Shown here one piece after another: positions 58,638 to 64,000 of a stretch of DNA of 64,000 nucleotides; position 1 is the first letter of the stretch; every line of letters begins with the position of its first letter. The stretch covers positions 6,360 through 70,359 of the forward strand of contig CALIJJ010000030.1 in assembly GCA_938017515.1 (NCBI GenBank), given 5' to 3'. The position numbers and the translations under genes were made by a program. Below the pieces are notes generated by a model. That model did not search any database, was not told the DNA's origin, and was given only the letters and a program-made list of their open reading frames with translations. This DNA comes from an uncultured Pseudanabaenaceae cyanobacterium. Lineage in GTDB: Bacteria > Cyanobacteriota > Cyanobacteriia > PCC-9006 > JAAUQQ01.

Positions 58638-60530
58638 ATGCCGTCGGCTTCCCCCGCCCCCCAACGTAATGCCCGTTCCCATCGTCGTGGTGCCAACCGC
58701 CGCGAGACGGATTGGCAACTGGTCAAGCGGCTGGTGCCCTATGCCAAGCAGAATGGTCGGTTGCTGACGACCTCACTGTTGCTGTTGGTGCCGGTGGCGA
58801 TCGCCGGAGCCGTCCAGCCGGTCATCCTGGGCCTCGCCACGTCGCTGCTGCTGGGCCAGGTCTGCCCAGAGCCCTCCCCCGGAAATCCCACGCCGAGCTG
58901 TGGCTTTTTCGAGAATTTTTTGGCTCAGCAGGGGTCCATGACCGCGGGCCTGAACCTGTTGGCGATCGCCCTCCTGGGCACAATTCTGTTGCGGCTGGCC
59001 TTTCGCGGCTGGCAGGGCTACCTCGTCCAGGAAGTGGGCCAAAGAATTACGGCGGCCATTCGAGCAGATCTGTTTGAGCATGTCACCTCCCTGTCTGTGC
59101 GCTTCTTTGACCGCACGCCCGTGGGTCGGCTGATTACGCGATTGACCAGTGACGTGGAATCCCTGGGGGATGTCTTTTCAACGGGGGCCATCGGTATCGT
59201 CAGCGATCTGTTTGCCCTGCTGACCCTCGTGGTGATCATGTTCCTGCGCCAGTGGCAGCTGGGCTTGCTGCTGACGGTGTTGCTGCTGCCCGTCACCGCA
59301 CTGATCGTCTTTTTTCAGCAGCGCTATCGCAAGGCCAATTACAAATCCCGTGAGGAGTTGTCCAAGCTCAACTCCATGCTCCAGGAAAATGTCATGGGCA
59401 TCAATGTGGTGCAGCTTTTCCGGCGGGAGCGCTACAACAGCGAGGTGTTTCGGGCGACCAATCAGCGCTACATCAAGGAAGTGGATAAGACGATTTTCCA
59501 CGACTCGGCGATTTCAGCCACGCTGGAGTGGATTTCCTTTACGGCGATCGCCGTCATCCTCTACTTCGGGGCACTCCTGGTCCTGCGGGGCCCCATCGGC
59601 GTCGGGCAACTGGTGGAATTCATCCTCTTCGCCCAGAAGCTCTTTGATCCCCTGCGGCAATTGGCCGAGAAATTCACGGCGATCCAGTCCGGTCTCACCG
59701 CCGTGGAGCGCATTAGTGATCTGCTCAACGAGCCGATTGAGATCGAAGACCGGGCCGGAGACTTGGCGGTGTTGGCCAAGAGCACCCGCACGGAACAGCG
59801 AGGGTCAATCCGATTTGACAATGTTTGGTTTGGCTATAAGCCCGATGAATTTGTTCTCACGGGGCTGGACTTTGAGATCAAGCCCGGTGAGAAAATTGCC
59901 CTGGTGGGACCGACCGGCGCCGGAAAAAGTTCAATCATTCGCCTGCTCTGCCGCTTGTATGAACCCAGCAAAGGCCGCATCCTGATCGATGGCGTGGACA
60001 TTCGCGATTTGCCCCAGCAGGAGTTGCGCCGCCACATCGGCGTGATTTTGCAGGACGGTTTCCTTTTTGCTGGAGATGTGAAAAGCAACATTGCCCTGGG
60101 GGAGTCCTACCCCTTTGAGCAAATCCAGGCGGCGGCGGAACAGACCAACGTGGCACCGTTCATCGAACAATTGCCCCAGGGCTACGACACGGAGCTGCGC
60201 CAGCGAGGCGCAAACCTGTCCGGTGGGCAAAAGCAGCTCTTGGCCTTTGCTCGGGTTGCGGTGCGGGATCCTGAGATTTTGGTGCTGGATGAAGCCACGT
60301 CCAATTTGGACGTGGGTACCGAAGCAGATATTCAGGTTGCGCTGGAAACGTTGCTAGAGCAACGGACTGCGATCATCATTGCTCACCGCCTTTCGACCAT
60401 TCGCAATGTCGATCGCATTTTGGTGCTAAAGCAAGGGAAGCTGGTCGAGTCCGGCAGCCATCAGGCCCTCTTGGAGGAGGATGGTCTCTATGCCGGTCTC
60501 TATAAGCTCCAGCTCCTTGGGGCGGCTTAA
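58638..60530 (+). CDS. ABC exporter, fused permease/ATP-binding protein (MsbA/type I exporter family)
   Basis: Six TM helices, then an NBD with Walker A GPTGAGKSS, signature LSGGQKQLLAFAR, Walker B ILVLDEATSNLD and H-loop IAHRLST. Confidence 0.85.
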   Translation: MPSASPAPQRNARSHRRGANRRETDWQLVKRLVPYAKQNGRLLTTSLLLLVPVAIAGAVQPVILGLATSLLLGQVCPEPSPGNPTPSCGFFENFLAQQGSMTAGLNLLAIALLGTILLRLAFRGWQGYLVQEVGQRITAAIRADLFEHVTSLSVRFFDRTPVGRLITRLTSDVESLGDVFSTGAIGIVSDLFALLTLVVIMFLRQWQLGLLLTVLLLPVTALIVFFQQRYRKANYKSREELSKLNSMLQENVMGINVVQLFRRERYNSEVFRATNQRYIKEVDKTIFHDSAISATLEWISFTAIAVILYFGALLVLRGPIGVGQLVEFILFAQKLFDPLRQLAEKFTAIQSGLTAVERISDLLNEPIEIEDRAGDLAVLAKSTRTEQRGSIRFDNVWFGYKPDEFVLTGLDFEIKPGEKIALVGPTGAGKSSIIRLLCRLYEPSKGRILIDGVDIRDLPQQELRRHIGVILQDGFLFAGDVKSNIALGESYPFEQIQAAAEQTNVAPFIEQLPQGYDTELRQRGANLSGGQKQLLAFARVAVRDPEILVLDEATSNLDVGTEADIQVALETLLEQRTAIIIAHRLSTIRNVDRILVLKQGKLVESGSHQALLEEDGLYAGLYKLQLLGAA

Positions 60531-61103
60531 GGTTTGCGTTGGGTTGGCGTTGGGTTGGCCTTACGCTGGGCGGACCCTCGTGATGAACCACGGTTCATCC
60601 CTGAGTACAGGATTAGGCTGGGTGGGTTGGTGTGGAGGGGGGAATCGTTGGGGTGATTCGGCTGGAGGCTGGGATGTTGCGGCCAGCGCCAGCTTGGTAG
60701 GCGGCATAGAACCACCGATTGTTTCTGGGATAACGAACTCTTGCGCCAGCCTGGTAGCTCTGAACGTACTGCATAGAAAAATTAGAGAATTCTACAAAAT
60801 GCAGGAGACAAAGCCTTGAAGAACTCCAAGGGAGTGGGCATTTGCTCTGCATCACGGTTCTGCGTAACGGTTCGTCGAACGATTGAGGCAAACTATCCAA
60901 ACAGACCTTCGCGGCAAAATTCATCGAAACAGGAAAACCTGGCAAAGTTCAGTGCGATCGCTGAATTCTCTTGTGTATGATTCCTCTTGCTTGGCCGATG
61001 GCTCCCGCCGTGGCTCGACTATGGGTTGATCGATGGCGTAACGGCTTGATGGCCCCAGGGCTCTAGCCCGCTGCCCTGGTACGGGCGAGATAAGCCAGGT
61101 TCG

Positions 61104-61150
61104 CCAATAAAAATCCTCCGAAACAACGCTGGCAAACGTTGCTTTGGAGG
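61104..61150 (-). terminator. rho-independent terminator downstream of the 96-aa gene
   Basis: Imperfect 14-bp stem CCTCCGAAACAACG/CGTTGCTTTGGAGG followed on the minus strand by ATTTTTATT. Confidence 0.6.
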
Positions 61151-61193
61151 CTGGTGCTGATTCCTTGTGGCTGGGGACCGCGAGCGATGCCGC

Positions 61194-61484
61194 CTAGCCC
61201 TTGGGTCCGTAGTAGAAGGCAATTTCCTTATCCTTCAGACCTGCCCAACCGGCATCAACCAGCTTTTGGTTGAGTTCATCCTGGGCGATGTGCTTGGCAC
61301 CGATGCGGACAATGCGCGATCGCATGCTATTCGTCACGCCGCTGCGCTTACGGTTACCCTCTAGGCCCATCACGCCGGTGTAGAGATCCAGCATCTTGGG
61401 GGGAATGGGGGAACCGTCGAGGTCGAGGCCCTGGGCGATCGCCGCATCAACGGCTTCGGCACCACTTTGTTGTTGGTCACTCAT
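61194..61484 (-). CDS. conserved hypothetical small protein
   Basis: 96 aa ORF with its own downstream terminator. I could not place it in a named family. Confidence 0.5.
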   Translation of the reverse strand: MSDQQQSGAEAVDAAIAQGLDLDGSPIPPKMLDLYTGVMGLEGNRKRSGVTNSMRSRIVRIGAKHIAQDELNQKLVDAGWAGLKDKEIAFYYGPKG

Positions 61485-61628
61485 GGCAATGAAGTCTAAC
61501 GATTACTTCTCCAGCCTACCGGTGAACCTGTTGTTTACTGATTCGGTTACGGGGGCGTTCGCCGTCGTGTTTGTCGGGGCGTTCGCCGAGTCCTCATTGG
61601 ATATGTGTGATGGCCCCGAAAAATAGGC

Positions 61629-61665
61629 AAAAAAAAGCGACCCTAAAGCACCTAGATGGGTCGCT
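61629..61665 (-). terminator. orphan rho-independent terminator (8-bp stem AGCGACCC/GGGTCGCT, 14-nt loop, U8 on the minus strand)
   Basis: Seen directly. It terminates a minus-strand unit that originates between 61.7 and 62.09 kb and contains no annotated gene. Confidence 0.7.
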
Positions 61666-61698
61666 AAATCTTCCTTCAATGCTGGAAACCCGGTGGGG

Positions 61699-61932
61699 TT
61701 AAGACCGAGTTTGCCCTGATGTCGGGGTTACATGTCTCTCATCATAGTCTTCACGCTTTGAAATGGGATGAGGGTGCAGACCCCTCACAAGTAATACAGC
61801 ATAAGCCGTATTTATACGGAGGACGCAATGCCAAAGGGGAGCTACCCCTTCGGGGCCTGACTCCTCACCCTTGAGACGACGTTTTATCGCCTTTGCTTCC
61901 GTGATTGTTCGGGAAATCGTGGGTTGTCCCAT
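61699..61932 (-). other. candidate small gene (77 aa ORF) or ncRNA ending at the orphan terminator
   Basis: The ORF stop lies 35 nt before the terminator stem. The region contains a C(UUCG)G tetraloop hairpin on the plus strand and the motif ACTCCTCACCC. Confidence 0.3.
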
Positions 61933-62092
61933 CGCAGGATTTTGGATGATTCTGAGCGTAATGCTGATGGCATTGCCCCTTAGAATGGGACGGGTGCGTT
62001 TTGCATCTATTTCGCGCTAGTTTTCGCGCCTGATCTTGATCCCTGACGTTGCCTCGGCGATGTTTTGGGGACAGCCCTTCTGAGCAATTGTG

Positions 62093-64000
62093 ATGAGCAT
62101 TTTTACGCTGCAATCGGTGTCCAAGGATTTTGGCATCAAGCCGATTTTGAATGACGCTAGTTTCAGTTTGGGCGCAACGGACAAGATTGGATTAATTGGA
62201 ACCAATGGTTCGGGGAAATCGACCCTGCTGAAAATGATTGCGGGTTTGGAGCCCATTGATACGGGCGATCGCTTGGTTAACTCAGCGGTCCGCATTGTCT
62301 ATCTCCCCCAGGAGCCGGAGCTGGACGAGGGCAAGACGGTCATCGAACAAATCTTTGCCGATAGCGGCGAGCTGATGACCCTGGTCCGCGAGTACGAAGC
62401 GGTGTCCCACCAGATGGAACTGGGGGATACGAGTGATGCGTTGCTGAAGAAGCTGTCGCGTCTGACCGAGCAGATGGATGCCCTGGGCGGCTGGGATCTG
62501 GAGGCCAAGGCCAAGATTGTCCTGACGAAACTGGGCATCGAGGATTTTGAGGCGCGTATTGGTTCCCTTTCTGGAGGCTATCGCAAGCGTATTGCTTTGG
62601 CCATGGCGCTGCTATCGGAGCCGGATGTGCTGCTGATGGATGAGCCGACCAACCATTTGGATGCCCTGTCAGTGGAGTGGCTGCAAAGCTATTTGAATCG
62701 CTATCCCGGTGCCTTGCTGCTGATCACCCACGATCGCTACTTCCTGGATCGGGTGACGACGCGCATTCTGGAGCTGGACCGGGGCGACCTGTCCAATTTT
62801 AACGGCAACTATTCCTACTATTTGCAGAAGAAAGCGGAGCTGGAAGATTCCGCCGCCAGCAGCCAGCAGAAGCACAAAGGGGTGTTGCGGCGGGAACTGG
62901 AGTGGTTGAGCCGGGGAGCCAAGGCCCGCAGTACCAAGCAACGGGCCCGGATCCAGCGTATTGAGGCGATGCAGGAGAAGGAATTCAAGCAGGACCTCGG
63001 AAAAGTTGAAGTTTCAACTGTGGGGCGGCGCATTGGTAAGAAGGTGATTGATGTGGAAGGTGTCTCGAAGGGCTATGGCGAGCGTACGCTGATCAACAAC
63101 TTCTCCCACGCCTTCACCCCCGAAGACCGCATCGGCATCATTGGCCCCAACGGTGCCGGAAAATCCACGCTGATGGACATGATCACCGGGCGGCTGGAGC
63201 CGGATTCGGGCCATGTGGAAATTGGTCAGACGATTCACATTGGCTATTTTGATCAGTATTCCAATGATTTGCTGGAGGCCGCGGACGAGAACCAGCGAGT
63301 GATTGACTACATCAAAGAGGTGGCGGAGCTGGTGGAGACCTCCGACGGGAGCACCATCACGGCTTCGCAGATGCTGGAGCGCTTTCTGTTTCCGCCGGAG
63401 CAGCAGTATTCCCCCCTGTCGAAGCTGTCCGGTGGGGAGCGGCGGCGACTGTTTTTGTTGCGGGTGTTGATGGGAGCACCCAATGTTCTGATTTTGGACG
63501 AGCCGACGAATGATTTGGATGTGCAGACCCTGTCGGTGTTGGAGGAATATCTCGAAGAGTTTAACGGCTGTGTGATTACGGTGTCCCACGATCGCTATTT
63601 CCTCGATCGCGCTGTGGACACGATTTTTTCGCTAGAGGAAGGCGGCAATATTCGTCGCTATCCCGGCAATTATTCGGTCTATCTGGACTATAAGAAGGCG
63701 GAGGAGGATGCGGCCAAGGAGGCTGCGGCCCAGGCGGAGAAGGCTGCGAAGGCGTCGGCAACTAAAGGGGCAAAGGAGAAGGAAGGGCGATCGCAGTCGG
63801 AGCGTGCACGCCGTTTGTCCTATAAGGAAAAGCGCGAGCTAGAGAGCCTCGAAACGCAAATTCCGAAGATGGAAGAAGAAAAGGAGCAGTTGGAGAAGAC
63901 GCTGTACCAGAATCCGCCGTCGGACTTTACGGAGTTGGAAAAGCTGTCGGCGAAGTTGGGTGAGTTGACCGAGGCGATCGAGACGGGGACGGAGCGCTGG
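62093..64000 (+). CDS. ABC-F family ATPase (Uup/EttA-like; tandem NBDs, no TMD), 3'-truncated by the window end
   Basis: Two NBDs (GLIGTNGSGKSTL ... LSGGYRKRIALA ... LLMDEPTNHLD, then GIIGPNGAGKSTL ... LSGGERRRL ... LILDEPTNDLD) with a charged inter-domain linker. The frame is open to position 64000. It is absent from the ORF track because no stop falls in the window. Confidence 0.85.
   Translation, partial: MSIFTLQSVSKDFGIKPILNDASFSLGATDKIGLIGTNGSGKSTLLKMIAGLEPIDTGDRLVNSAVRIVYLPQEPELDEGKTVIEQIFADSGELMTLVREYEAVSHQMELGDTSDALLKKLSRLTEQMDALGGWDLEAKAKIVLTKLGIEDFEARIGSLSGGYRKRIALAMALLSEPDVLLMDEPTNHLDALSVEWLQSYLNRYPGALLLITHDRYFLDRVTTRILELDRGDLSNFNGNYSYYLQKKAELEDSAASSQQKHKGVLRRELEWLSRGAKARSTKQRARIQRIEAMQEKEFKQDLGKVEVSTVGRRIGKKVIDVEGVSKGYGERTLINNFSHAFTPEDRIGIIGPNGAGKSTLMDMITGRLEPDSGHVEIGQTIHIGYFDQYSNDLLEAADENQRVIDYIKEVAELVETSDGSTITASQMLERFLFPPEQQYSPLSKLSGGERRRLFLLRVLMGAPNVLILDEPTNDLDVQTLSVLEEYLEEFNGCVITVSHDRYFLDRAVDTIFSLEEGGNIRRYPGNYSVYLDYKKAEEDAAKEAAAQAEKAAKASATKGAKEKEGRSQSERARRLSYKEKRELESLETQIPKMEEEKEQLEKTLYQNPPSDFTELEKLSAKLGELTEAIETGTERW

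Noticed and set aside
60481-60819. 112-aa ORF overlapping the 3' end of the ABC exporter gene
   Set aside because: It overlaps a confident gene in another frame. Its composition is Gly/Ser/Trp-rich, typical of a GC-rich off-frame. No motifs.
61859-61869. Calling the 61.6-62.0 kb region Yfr1 outright
   Set aside because: Only the 11-nt core motif matches, with 1 mismatch. The flanking 5' hairpin and terminator arrangement of genuine Yfr1 does not fit, and the strong terminator is on the opposite strand. It is kept as a hint inside a finding.

Overview
This 64 kb window reads as a chromosomal segment of a cyanobacterium with about 55-58% GC. The octamer GCGATCGC (HIP1) recurs dozens of times. 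Hallmark cyanobacterial genes are present: ctaAB, nblA, chlB, a PSII-type S4 protein and a pix/tax phototaxis operon. I found no tRNA, rRNA, CRISPR array, transposase, integrase or recognisable defence system. Most ORFs are core functions.

The main gene content, in order:
- ctaA-ctaB (heme A and heme O synthases).
- A formaldehyde and arsenic detoxification cluster, frmA ... arsM ... frmB, with an antisense nblA embedded between frmA and arsM.
- A nine-gene minus-strand chemotaxis-like operon resembling pixG-pixH-pixI-pixJ-pixL, followed by genes for a pentapeptide-repeat protein and a lipoprotein. Its MCP carries a periplasmic sensor and a cyanobacteriochrome-like GAF domain.
- Directly upstream, a cellulose-synthase locus: a candidate outer-membrane barrel, a TPR protein, a BcsB-like protein and a BcsA with a PilZ domain.
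- A class I-beta DAHP synthase, exbBD, a bvdR-like oxidoreductase, serA, prmA, rfbB, queA, chlB, two ABC exporters and a 3'-truncated ABC-F ATPase.

The non-annotated signals I consider most interesting:
- A candidate ribosome-mediated attenuator upstream of the DAHP synthase gene. It comprises a 17-codon leader peptide MFSPRFYFFWFMEVHRK with six consecutive aromatic codons, a 14-bp perfect inverted repeat, and a plus-strand intrinsic terminator with no upstream plus-strand gene.
- Orphan intrinsic terminators suggesting small RNAs or small genes at about 28.1 kb (plus strand) and 61.6-62.0 kb (minus strand).
- A roughly 25-nt motif shared by two regions upstream of outer-membrane protein genes.
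- A 650-bp AT-rich island with degenerate direct repeats ahead of a module encoding a secreted protein plus tandem small outer-membrane proteins.
- An atypical Cys-Tyr (rather than Cys-His) chromophore context in the GAF domain of the phototaxis MCP.
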